Assembly (NCBI GenBank): GCA_030704615.1
Contig: CM060731.1
Span: 15,314,001 to 15,378,000 of the forward strand
Origin: Takakia lepidozioides
Taxonomy: Eukaryota > Plantae > Bryophyta
Length of the DNA stretch: 64,000 nucleotides
Direction of reading: 5' to 3'
The notes beneath the pieces are model-generated. The model was not told the DNA's origin. It ran no database searches and saw only the letters and a program-made list of their open reading frames with translations. The translations under genes and the position numbers were made by a program. Shown piece after piece: positions 22,476 through 34,308 of the stretch (within the stretch, counting starts at the first letter, position 1; every line of letters starts with the position of its first letter).

Positions 22476-25400
22476 CCCGGTTATCAGCGTCACGTTCATC
22501 AGTCAGCGTCAGGTCACGTCAGACCTGATGCTGACGAGACCTCCGTCACGTCAGGTTCCGGGAATATTAGTAAAAAACGTACCAGGTAAAATATTGCCAC
22601 TGAAGCAGCCACGTCGCCGACACGGTGGCGGTGACAAATACATTTTGGAAAATAATAAAATGAAAGCGACCGCCAATTCTGGCGGTCGCTTTACATTTCG
22701 GAAATTTAGAAATAAGAGCGACTGCCAATTCTGGCGGTCGCTTCATATTTCGGAATTTAAGAAATAAAAGCGACCGCCAACATGACGTTCGCTTAAAAAA
22801 AATTTATAAAAAAAAAAAAAATTGGCGGGCGGTCGTCTAATGAAAAAAAAAAAACCAGCAACCTCCGTATTGGTGGTCCCATAATTTTGAAAATATATAA
22901 AAAACAAGCGACCGCCAGAATTGGCAGTCACTTGTTTTGAATAATACATAAAAAGCAAGCGACCGCCATAATATGGCGGTCGCTTTATCTTATAAATACA
23001 TTAAAAAAACCAGTGACCACCATTATATGACGATCGCTTTATTTTAAAAATATCTTAGAAAAAACCAGTGACTGCATAATATGGCGGTCGCTATATTTTA
23101 AATATATTAAAAAAACCAGCGACCGCCATAGTATGGCGGTCGCTTTAATTTAAAAAAAATACAAAACAGCGACTCCCATAATATGGCGGTCGCTTTATTT
23201 TTGAAATAATATATTATAAAAAAAATATTATTAATTTCAGAAAACGTAGCGACTGCCAGTAATGTCGGTCGCATATAAGAAAAAAAAAAAAAAAAAACGA
23301 CTGCCATTATTGGCAGTCGCCTATGTTTTTTTATTTTATTTTATTTTTATTTTTTTAAAGAAATGCGAGGCCCTGAAAATTTAAAATAGAGTGACCGCCA
23401 TTACTGGCGGTCGCTTGTATATTTTTAATTTCTGAAAATACAACGACCGCCAGTAATGACGATCGCTTTTATTTTTTATTTATTTAAATAGAGCGACCGC
23501 CATTATTGCTGGTCATTTCTTAAAAAGCAAAATAGAGGGGAGGCTCAAAGGAGGTTCATTCTCCCCTCACTTCCTCTCCACACAACTTATGTGCGACCGC
23601 CATTATTGACGGTCGATTTTGTTTATTTATTTATTTTTAAATAGAGTGACGGCCATTCTCTTGTATATTTTTAATTTTTGAAAATGCTGCGACCGTTATG
23701 ACAGTCGTTTTTTTTTTAAATTAAAAAAAAAATAGAGCGACCGCCATTACTGGTGGTAGCTTGCATATTTTTAATTTCTGAAAATGTTGCGACTGCCAGT
23801 AATGACGGTCGCTTTTATTTTTTTTTGTTTTTTTAATAGAACGACTATCGTTACTGGCGGTCGCTGCTTTGTTGTTTTTTTAAAAATGTAGCGACCGTCA
23901 TGGTGGCGGTCGCTTCTAGAAAGTGTGCCTTACGCGTGGACCGAGGAATGAGAGAGGGGGAGCAGATAAGCCAATGAAAGGTTATTCTCCCCTCACTTCC
24001 TTTCCACACAACTTATGTGCGACCGCCATTATTGGCGGCCATTTTTATTTTTTTATTTTTTTAAACAGAGCGACCGTCATTACTGGGGGTCGCTTGTATA
24101 TTTTTATTTTATGAAAATGTTACGACAGCTAGTAATGGCGGTCGCTTTTATTTTTTTTGAGTTTTTTAATAGAGCAACTGTCGTTACTGGTGGTCGCTTT
24201 TATTGTTTAATGTTTCAAATAGAGCGACCGCCGGTAATGGCGGTCGCCTTTTTGTTATATTTTTAAAATGTAGCGACCGCCATGGTGGCGGTCGCTTCTA
24301 GAAGGTGTGCCTTACGCGTGGACCGATGAATGAGGGGGGCGCCAGATAAGCCAATGGAGGCTCATTCTCCCCTCACTTCCTCTCCATACAACTTATGTGC
24401 GACCGCCATTATTGGCGGTCGCTTTTGGTTTTTATTTATTTATAAATAGAGCGACGGCCATTACTGGCGGTCACTTATATATTTTTAATTTCTGAAAATG
24501 CTGTGACCGCCAGTTATGGCGGTCGTTTTTATTTATTTTTTCTTAAATAGAGCGACCGCCATTACTGGTGGTCGCTTGTATATTTTTAATTTCTGAAAAT
24601 GTTGCGACTGCCAGTGATGGCGGTCGCTTTTATTTTTTTGTTTTTTTTAAATAGAGCGACTGTCGTTACTGGCGGTAGAATTTATTGTTTAATTTTTTAA
24701 ATAGTGCGACCGCCATTACCGGCGGTCGCTTTATTGTTTTTTTTTAAAATGTAGCGACCGCCATGGTGGCGGTCGCTTCTAGAAGTTGTGCCTTAGTAGT
24801 GGACCGATGAATGAGGAAGGGGGGAAGGGGGGGTGGGGGGGGGCAGATAAGCCAAGGGAGGCTCACTCTCCCCTCACTTCCTCTCCACACAACTTATGTG
24901 CGACCGCCATTATTGGCGGTCGCTTTTGTTTTTTATTTATTTTTAAATATAGCGACGGCCATTACTGGCGGTCGCTTGTATATTTTTTAATTTCTGAAAA
25001 ATAGTGCGACCGCCAGTTATGTCGGTCGCTTTTATTGTTTAATTTTTTAAATAGAGCGACCGCCATTACTAGCGGTTGTTTTTTTGTTGTTTATTTTAAA
25101 TGTAACGACTGCCATAGGATGGTCGCTTCACTTTCTAGAAAAACTTAACATAGCGACCGACGTAGTGGCGGTTGCTTCATTTAAGAGAAAAACAAATTAA
25201 AAAATTTGAAAAAAAATGTAAACGAGCGACCGCCGAATTGGCGGTTGCTTTAGTTTCTTAAAAAGTGAAGAAGAGTATGGCGGTCGCTTTATTTTTAAAA
25301 TAAATAAATGAAAATGAGCTACCACTGTAGTTGCGGTCGCTTCATTTAAAAAATAAAATAAAATAACAACTGCCATATTGGCGGTCGCTTCATTATTTTA

Positions 25401-26103
25401 AATAAACAAAAAAGAGTGCCGTATTGGCGGTTGCTTCATATACTTTAAAAAAAAAAAACGACTGCCGTAGTTGCAGTCGTTTCATTTAAATTTCTTAAAA
25501 AAAAGAGCCATTGCCGCTAAATGTTGGCTGCTAAATTTTAAAAAATAAAAATAAAAATATGCAATGGCCGGCGAATGGCGGTCGCTGTGTTTTTTTAAAT
25601 ATTTTTTAAACTGTGAGCGACTGCCAATCTGGGCGGTCGCTTAATTTTTAAAACTAATAATTTTGAAGGACTGCCAATATAGGCCGTCGCTTAATTTAAA
25701 ATATAATAAATTGCAAACGACCGCCAATATGGGCGGTCGCTCCATTTAAAACTTCATAAATTGTCGGCAACTGCCAATATAGGTGGTCGTTTAATTTAAT
25801 AAAATATTAAATTAGAAGCGACCGCCAATATGGGTGGTCGCTTTGATTTAAAAAATAATAACTTTTAAGCGTCCGTATTTTTGGGCGTCCGTATTTTTTT
25901 AAATAAATTAATAAATTTTAATAATTGGCCATGTCTGTTATACACCGCGGTTGCCATGTCATTACAAAGGGTAGAAGTAAATAGTAAAAGTCAAATATAA
26001 AAAAAATTACTTGGATAAACGTCGGGATTCGACGTGACGTGACGCACATCCGACGTGACGTCTGACGTGTCCGGGCCACGTTACGTTAGGAATGATAACT
26101 AGG
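22476..26103. mobile_element. Non-autonomous 3.6-kb TIR element with 8-bp TSD
   Basis: TIR CCCGGTTATCA / TGATAACTAGG. TSD AATAACAC (22468-22475) / AATGACAC (26104-26111). TGACGT-rich subtermini; interior is almost all GCGACCGCC palindromes plus four copies of the promoter-like module. Excision restores the MTase frame. Confidence 0.9.
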
Positions 26104-26326
26104 AATGACACTCTCCCGCAGGTCATGAGAATAACTTGCATGATGCACGATCGCATTTGTTTTGGGATTTGCTGCGAGTGTTATATGACTTGCAGACAAG
26201 AAAAGTGCAACCTCTAGCCTATATCTTGGAGAATGTTCATCTTATGGGGGATTCTCGAGCTAGGGTTATGGCCAGTGTGCATCAGGTGCGGTCTTGGATT
26301 GGATCGACGGTGCTATTGGATGCAGC

Positions 26327-26882
26327 TGTCAAGTACGAGAACATGACTGAACACAAACAAGAGATCAGACTAGAGGTACAAGACTAAACAAAAAGTCAAG
26401 GTCGGCGTGGCCGAATGCATGGTGGGTAAACATGAATCAAGATGATATTTATAACAATGGACAAGAGTACTGGACTATAGTAATGGAAGCTGGACTGGAG
26501 TACTGGGACTGGGAACAAGAGTAGCTTGAACTTGTGTCGGCGAGACTGAAGAGTGTCCAGTCTCGCCTCCTATATATACTGGCTACTAAGAAGTTTCCTA
26601 GAAAGCTTCCCCTATAGAGGTTTCTTGATGGAGAAGCTTCCGTAAACAAATGAGGTATCTGGATGGAGAAGTTTCCTCCTAAAGAAGCTTCCTGAGCAGT
26701 TTCCCAAGTTACTCTTGGTAATTTGATAAACTCCCGGTAACTTGATAACTAATGGTAAATCATGATAGATCATGGTAAATCACGGTAAATCACGGTAAAC
26801 CATGGTAATTTCCGGTAACATGATAACTTGATAACTTCTGGTATTTACTCCTAGTAAGTTCCTCTGGGCTATGTCCGCGACA
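26327..26882. mobile_element. Solo LTR (556 bp)
   Basis: TGTC...GACA termini; perfect 5-bp TSD GCAGC (26322-26326 / 26883-26887). Excision restores MTase LLDAAAVGSRAHRP. Confidence 0.85.
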
Positions 26883-26929
26883 GCAGCAGCGGTGGGATCA
26901 CGCGCACATCGACCTCAATTCTTGATGCT

Positions 26930-27656
26930 TCTCAATTTTCTTCCTAGTCAGACTCGAAGTTCCTGCCCAATTTGAGCATGTCTTAGAGTTCATACATTGT
27001 GGAACTTGTGGAAGACTAGGTGTGCTTGGGTTTATGAGGGCAAACCCCCCAAGGGCAGGTCGGTGTTGTTTTCACATATACCACGATCTGTTAATTGAAG
27101 GGAGGATTAAAGCTTGGGGCCACAAAAACAACGCTGGAAGAAGCTGCTCCAAGATTTCGAGTAGTCATAGGGCAAAAACAACATGCTCGGCACCCATCTT
27201 CCCAACTTGTATTTTCACTGACAAGACTCCATCCCCCCTCAATGGGAAGTACCTTGGTGAAGGGGAGGATGGAGAGTTCGATTAGCGTCACAAAAGAGCT
27301 CGGGATCCCAAGTTTAGAACCCAGTTGAAAAGTTTGAAACCTATGATCCATCTTTGAATGATGCTAAGTACGTGCTCTTACTTCTCAATTTAGATTCTTT
27401 CTGTTGAGATTGCTACCTGGATTCTACCCCCACTCTCTGCCACTACCAGCTCTAGATTACTTCTGATTTCAGGAAGCCCTGGAATATTCTTTTGCACTTC
27501 ACCTGACCACTGTCTTTTTTCGGTTTTGCGTTTTGTTGGCTAGTTTGCTAAGGTCACGGGGAGGCTTCCCTTCTGTAAGCTTGCATGGCCCTTGGGTGGT
27601 TATTTTTTCCACCCTCTGTGATTTTTTTATTTTTTTTCACTTTATTTGATAAAAAA
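26930..27656 (+). mobile_element. Possible LINE 3'-end remnant
   Basis: LRVHTLWNLWKTR..VYEG resembles the W-x-x-W-K-x-R-N C-terminus of plant L1 ORF2; ends in a T-rich tract and TTGATAAAAAA. Confidence 0.35.
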
Positions 27657-28038
27657 TGCCAATGTCCCACTTTCTTTAATTTTCTTTTTTGAAAATCTAT
27701 ACGAAGGCAGTATCACTACTGGTCTGGTATCAAAATATTACTTGTGCACTTAATCAGAAATCATTGAATGAATATAGTAACAAGCATATGGAGGCTCTTT
27801 GATGGCTAACTAAACTCAAACCGCCAACATTGAAAGCCCGACATCACATCACAACAACCCCACCAGAACCTGATTTCTACCTTCGCTTATTGAAAGTGTC
27901 GCATCCATCCATATTGTGCCGCGTACATTATCGATACTCATAACTTTACTAGGTTGTTAGGATATCGCTTGGCCCAGAGTATTAGTTGTCATGCACATAT
28001 ATATCGTTACACAACTACATCGTTGTCCAATCTACTCA

Positions 28039-28045
<7 letters not shown>

Positions 28046-28083
<38 letters not shown>
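28046..28083. repeat. (CA)n microsatellite
   Basis: About 19 consecutive CA units. Confidence 0.95.
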
Positions 28084-28086
<3 letters not shown>

Positions 28087-28167
28087 CATAAACTAGTCTG
28101 CCACAAGCCTGACGCGGGGAGGTTCAACTCGAGAAATCTGAGCCTTACCGCGTCTGTCGTGAAGATA

Positions 28168-29327
28168 CACTACAGTAAATGGGGGGGTTAGCGACGTCAT
28201 CCGCGCCCCCACGTCCCGCACGGCGCTGAGCCGCGACGTCGAACCCGCGGCATTTTTTTGTGACGCTCCTGCGTCGCAATCCCCCGCTGCGACGCCCAGC
28301 CATCGCAAGGTGCATCGCCGCGGGGTCTTCTGCCATATTTCTTTTTCTTGCGACGCCCCGGCGTCGCAATACCCCAAAAAAATAAAAATAAAATAAAAAA
28401 ATGTTTTTTTTTGGCGTTGTGATGCCCCAGCCTTTGCGACGCCGGGGCGTCGCATTGGCGTCGCAACAGTGGTTTGTTTGTTTGTTTGTTTTTTTTGTTT
28501 TTTGTTTTTTGTTTTTCGGCTTTGTGACCATCAACGTCACAAAAGCGTCGCTGGGGGCGCCCAGCGCTGCGACGCCCAATGCTGCGACGCCAGGGGGTTG
28601 CAATGGTGTTGTAGTCTGCTTAGGTCATCACAAGGACGTCACTTGGACGCCTAGCGCTGGGGCTGCAACAAGGACGACGACGCTGGGCTGGGCACTAAGG
28701 CTGTGGAGGTTACAATTCCCCGGCGTAACAAGAAGACCCCCTTAGAAGGAACTTGAAAGAAATCTTCATCTGTATATATATATATATTTAGATTGCTTTT
28801 GTAATATATAGATGTATCGTAGGTGTGTTGGTTAGTCTGTAGTGTCTTGGAAATATTATAACATGGAGGTCCTAGGTTCAAGTATACATTGCCTAATATA
28901 TGAACATTGAACATATCGCCATTGGACAGAACGGAAGTCAATGGTCAACGCCGGAATCAATGGTCAACAAGTTTTTGAAATTCAAATTTCAAATTCAAAT
29001 TTTCCTACCTAAATTCAAATGTACCCCCCAAAACTGCGACGTCCGGGCGTCGCAAAGTGCAACGCCCGGACGTCGCTAATTCGGCATTGCAGAGTAGGAT
29101 TATTTATTTATTTATTCGCCGGGGCGTTGCAAGTCGCGCCGGCATCGCAGTCGCGGTGGCGTGGCATTGCGACCCCCATCCGTTGCAAAATTGCGACGTT
29201 TTTTCAGCGACGCCTTTGGGACGGGGCTGCAACGTCCGGACGTCGCCAAAATGGCCCCTCCCCTCTGCCCGAAAAGGGCTGTTTAGCGACGCCGCGGCGT
29301 TGGAAACCTCCCCCTTTTCATATAGTG
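28168..29327. mobile_element. Non-autonomous CACTA (En/Spm) element
   Basis: CACTACAGTAAATGGGGG... / ...CCCCTTTTCATATAGTG termini, 3-bp TSD ATA on both sides, subterminal GCGACGCC/GGCGTCGC repeats. Confidence 0.85.
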
Positions 29328-32300
29328 ATAAACCCCCATGGCCCAATATTGATTTTTGAGCCCTGGTTTGACACTTGGGCCAAACCCAAATGTCAATATG
29401 TAGAAACTAAATATTTCATAGCTGGTTTCACACTAGTAGATCACACCTATTTTCACAATAATTAATAAATTAACAAGTTTCACTTAACTAATGAACTAGT
29501 TAATTAACAAGTTTCAATTAACTAGTGAACTAGTTAATTAACAAGTTTCAATTGACATAGTAAACACGCAAACACAATATCGGACCAATACAGGTATATG
29601 CTAAGTAATGGCGCATTTGGTATGTCATACCAAGGTATATACCATGATCGATACCAGTTTTTTATTTGTATACTAGTCCAACCTTGGATTAAACCCCAAA
29701 CCACAACATTTTCATTCATTGCACCCAGCCACCAGATTACTAGTTGTTTTCCACTTTCAATCTTTTAACTTGCAAATGTCGAAGCAGCCATCCAGTGGCA
29801 TCATGGTTTCACTTCAAGACAAAATTTCCGGCGGAATCTTAACTGAATCCAAAGCTGCAACATGCAACATTTGTAGGAAGATTTGCTCTACCATAATGTC
29901 TACTCCGATGCAAACGACTATTTGGCAAGTGAGAGGGATGAAGGCGAGAAATGTAAGGTTTCTTGCATGGAATGAGGTGGCATATTGGATAAGCCTTGAG
30001 AAACAATGGGCCAGTGTAAGGTAAACCGATTACATGGATGGATTTAATCAAAAATTCATGAGTACCTTTACGACTTGATTGAGAATATTGGCAAAAAAAA
30101 GGTGGCAAATGCTGAAAATGCAATGTGTGGATTCCCCTTCGGATCACTACAAAGGAGGTATACCCAAAACTTGTTTAAAAAATCTGACAACTTAAGAAGC
30201 TGGCCAACATCATGAGGAAACATCACCCCAGACCAACCGGTCATGAAACTAATCATACCCATAGGACATAATCAATCCCAAATATGCCACACGATGAATG
30301 GTCAGTTTGTTGCATGACATCAAAATAGATGTAATTGAGGTTGGTACGACGAGGTGGTCCCCCCGGGACAGGGGACCCCTCACCTTACCGAGGGGGGTGA
30401 TTAGTGCTCGGGCTGAGACACCTCCTCCCCAAATAGACAAAAAAAAACCTTCATCTTTTTTGTTGGATTCGTCTTTGCAAATTCTCTCACAATCCAGTCT
30501 TCCAAGCTTATCCGAGTTGGTTACAATCCAGTCTTGAAAGCTCCGAGACAGAAGTGATGAAGTTGGAGTAGAGTGTTTTGACATTCTGAGTGGAAGATTG
30601 AGAGCTTTAATTTGTGAGCATGCTCAACAATAGACTACGACACTTTGGTCTCGTGGTGTTGAGAGGAGCAGTTCTCGTTGGTTTGTTGATACAGTTGATA
30701 AAGATGATCTAGGGAGTCATCGTAGCTCTCACCTTTTGAACATCAAACTGTCTTTGTTGGGCCTGCATCATTCCTAAAAATGATCTGAAATGACTATAGT
30801 GGAAAGGAAATTTCATTTTGGTCTTGATGAAGAGTATATTTCAAAGGGTGATACCTACGTTTTATGTTAGCTTGCAGTTCATGAGAAACAACAGGAAGAC
30901 AAGTTCAGGTTGAACGGAGGCAACTTGTCACCTCGCAGAGTTTTGACTCTAATTCAAGAGGACGATGATTGACAGAAGGAACCCCACCCCCACTATACAA
31001 TTCTTTCAATAAGTGTATTACAGGACAAGCACAACATGGAGTTTCTGGAGCATCCCAATAGCCTACAATTGACGTGAAAAGATTTGTTTTTGGCCAAGAG
31101 AAAAGAGCTTGCATTCTTTATGGGGTTGGTCTTTCACTCCTGTCTCTTTCGGGCAGGCAACAACCAATCAGCTCCCTGAAGAAACAACTTGAGTCGACTT
31201 CACTTCATCTTGCTAGGTTTCAATCAATTGCAACCTTGTAATAGTGGTGTGTAGTTAGTCTTATGTATTGGTTATGGCTGTGCTGGGTGATCTGCCTTAA
31301 CCCCTAATGGACGAGGTAGTTTTTGGTGGGCCCCCTCCAAAACAGGACATAACCTCACGGATGAGGGTATATCTCTCAGGAAACTAACATCCACAGGGAT
31401 GAACCGTATGAATGGGAGGCTACCTACTTCATCCAGCTTCTGTGAAAATTTCAGCTCATTCCACCGTGTCGTTTGGAAGATTATAAGAAATTTGCAAGCC
31501 CAAAATTTGGGGTGCACTCCAAATTTAGAGTGGGAAAATGGTTTGACCAGGAAATTGGATCGACAAAATATTATTTCCTCACAAGACCCCATCCAGATTC
31601 CAAGTATGTGGCACCTGAAGCATGTTGCCCCAAAATTTCAAAGCATAATTCCAAAATCTCGATAAGGTTGTTTTGTATGGAAAAACAAGGGGGTCAAAAT
31701 ACACCATGAAGCTCAAATGACATGTAATTCAGGCTTAGGGGTTCGAAATTTCCTTGGAATCACAATTGCTGCGGTGAAAGTGTTCCTTGAATGATGAACT
31801 ACTACCTCCAAAAAGAAATTCAGAATTCCAGCAAAACTTCAGGCACAGATTTGCATTTGTTTCCATTTGTATTTTTGCCTTGTTGTCATCCCTTCAGCCT
31901 GCCACGTCGGTAAGTCAAAGCTGCTGGACAACCAATTTTGGGCACCCGTGCACACTAAAAAAATTACTGACGGCACGGCTTTTATTATTTTAGGGTGCCA
32001 TAAAGACGGGCAGGTGCATGACATCAAGGCGCACAACTTTCGTTCAGAAGTTTTTTCATCCAAGTCATCCAACAATTTGCCATCGTGGATGATTTCTGAC
32101 GTGACCCTGATACAACCCGAAACGGGTCGCCTCATCCATTAGGGGTTAAGGATGTAATTGGGCAGAAATGTCCAATCATCAATTACATGGGTTTGGGATT
32201 GGTATTACCACACATTTTAGCTATTGTTGATTTAGCATAAGAAAGATTGATATAAACAGGCAAAAAACTGCAGGAGGGCCTTTTTAGCAGTTGTCACATG

Positions 32301-32485
32301 ATCTGAGGTGGAATCTTAGTACAATTAGGGTCTGATAGAGTGACTGGTCACATTTTCCAAAGCACTTGTGTACTTGATGAGTTTCAGGGCCAATGGACTG
32401 GTCCCATTAATACAACAATACCATTTGCCATGCAATGATATGAAGTCGTGGGGTAACCTGTTTGATGAGAAGTAGTCGGTAGATG

Positions 32486-34300
32486 TCAATGGCATCGACA
32501 AATTCCTGACATTCCGGCCTTGTTTCCTGTTAGATTGCTGCAAGGGTAGGGGGAGTTGGAAGATATGGCTAATGATTTCTCTGTCTCCAAATTCATTGCA
32601 AGCAATCTATTGTACAAGCTTCGGGTTCGTACCACAAGCAAACCCTTCCATCTCTGCTGCACGTAGACCATGGCTGCAAGAGTCAATGCCAACACCAGAA
32701 TCACAATATCACCAGCTTTGGAATAAAAATCCATGGTTGGGTTTGCATATATATAATCGCTGAAGTATGGTAGGGAGGTGTATTTAGTACATGACATGAA
32801 GGGGTTCCCTTTTCATAACCCACAGAGCTGAACCCACAACCTGCGGCAGCAGGACCAGGTCCTCCACCAGTCCCCAATACTCATTTACTTCCTTCTGCAG
32901 GACATCAGTCCAGGACATTTGCAAGTCATTGACTTCCTTGGTCAATGCTGTTTGGTCATGGTTAGTCCTAGCAACATGAACAGCAAGCACCACCAGGAAA
33001 TTCACAACCTGGGTGATCCCACAGACCAAAATTACGTTGCTTTCTCTCGGGAGTTCCACTGCAGCTGATTTGAGCTCTGCCTGAGAGGCAGCTATCATAC
33101 GTTCCTTCCACACCTTCTTGGCAAGGCGGATGATCAGAAGGAAAGCTACCAGCGTGAGGGATTTCACAAGAAACATGATGCTTTGGGTCCACTGGCCCAC
33201 CCTTAGCGGGTTATATCCAATGTCAACTTCTGTGTCTGAATTCATCCGTGCAAACAACACATCCGCCCGTCACAACAGCAGGCAGTTGAAATAACTCATT
33301 GACGAACCAGTGTGAGATAACATGCAAATCTAGCCAAATATGTGAATGTACTAGAAAATCACATTCTGCCCCAAGAATCGGCCCACTGGAAGGTGGAGGA
33401 AGAAGTCTCTTCAGCCAAAGGTTGCTGGGCCACCCCTAGTTCAGAGTAAGTGTGACAAAGGGATGGAAAAGATGGAAGCTGCAGCTTAAATAACATGGTG
33501 ATTGTCAAGATGATCTACTCAATTTTGCTAGAAATTCACACCTTCAGCTTACCACACATGATTGTTAAAACCCCGTGAATGCACTTACATGTTCCTACAT
33601 TGCTGATCCAGTATGAAAAGATTCAGAATGCAATTGCTGTCGAAGAGGCTCTCAGAAGTAGTTGCTACCCTCATGAGGTAGGAATTGAAGTTACTCATGT
33701 TCAGTACAGATTCCACATGACAATCCGGGCATATTAGCTTGCTAGATACTCTTCAGGAACATTGCTAATTCATAAAAACTTGCTATTCCATTTGGAGCCA
33801 GTATTGAGAACAGAAGTACATCAGAAGAGAGAAATCCTTGAACAAAAGGGCAGAGATCTTAGGTATCAGCCAGCTACTAACCTGTGATAAGAGGAATTAT
33901 GTAGCCCACAGCCTGCATGCCAAGCATCCCAAGCGAGATGTAGGGCGTCGACTCCGGATGGCGCTTGACATGTGACGACTGGGCACCAATACATAGCAGC
34001 ATCAGAGTTAGGGTTGCCACACTCCACGACCCTTCCAGACTCTTCCGAGAAATGATCTCATCCCGCTGTCGCTTGTAAGTGATCGGGAAAGTCTCAAGAT
34101 TCATCGGTTTGAAGTAGAGAGGTTCGTCCATATTCCGCCAGCTGGTGATGTCTATCTTCACAGTTGGTCTTGTCAGCCACGTAGCAACTATTGAGGGCTA
34201 CTCCAGAACAATGTCAAGGGAACAGTCAAGCCCATCATCTAAGGAATCTGCATTGTCCTGGAGCAGCGTCCAATTGGCAAGATTCTAACAAGATCTTCTC
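32486..34300 (-). pseudogene. DUF2921-family multi-pass membrane protein pseudogene (3' part)
   Basis: Fragments DDGLDCSLDIVLE*P..W..PTVKIDITSWRN.DEPLYF, HVKRHPESTPYISLGMLGMQAVGYIIPLITG, EYWGLVEDLVLLPQVVG and YANPTMDFYSKAGD..YVQQRW, with stops and frameshifts. The 5' part is absent where the PPR gene ends. Confidence 0.75.
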
Positions 34301-34308
34301 ATGCACAA

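Larger units (their letters stand above)
22170..26920 (+). pseudogene. Retrotransposon-encoded C5 DNA methyltransferase, N-terminal half, split by two insertions
   Basis: 22170-22469: motif I LLDPFGGMSTG, motif II YLYVEKD, DIT, motif IV DLVIAGWPCQ. 26104-26326: (G)HSPAG..LHDARSHLFWDLLRVL..YILENV (motif VI)..LLDAA. 26883-26920: AVGSRAHRP (motif VIII), overlapping and near-identical to 16530-16600. Confidence 0.9.

Noticed and set aside
22170-26920. Host DRM/DNMT3 gene or bacterial contaminant methyltransferase
   Set aside because: Intronless, no UBA/PWWP domains, motifs in unpermuted I-X order (unlike DRM), two copies, in frame with RT and interleaved with plant TEs.
29540-32150. Short ORFs and repeat-like sequence between the CACTA element and the DUF2921 pseudogene
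   Set aside because: Probably old TE debris, but no domain, TIR or TSD could be supported.
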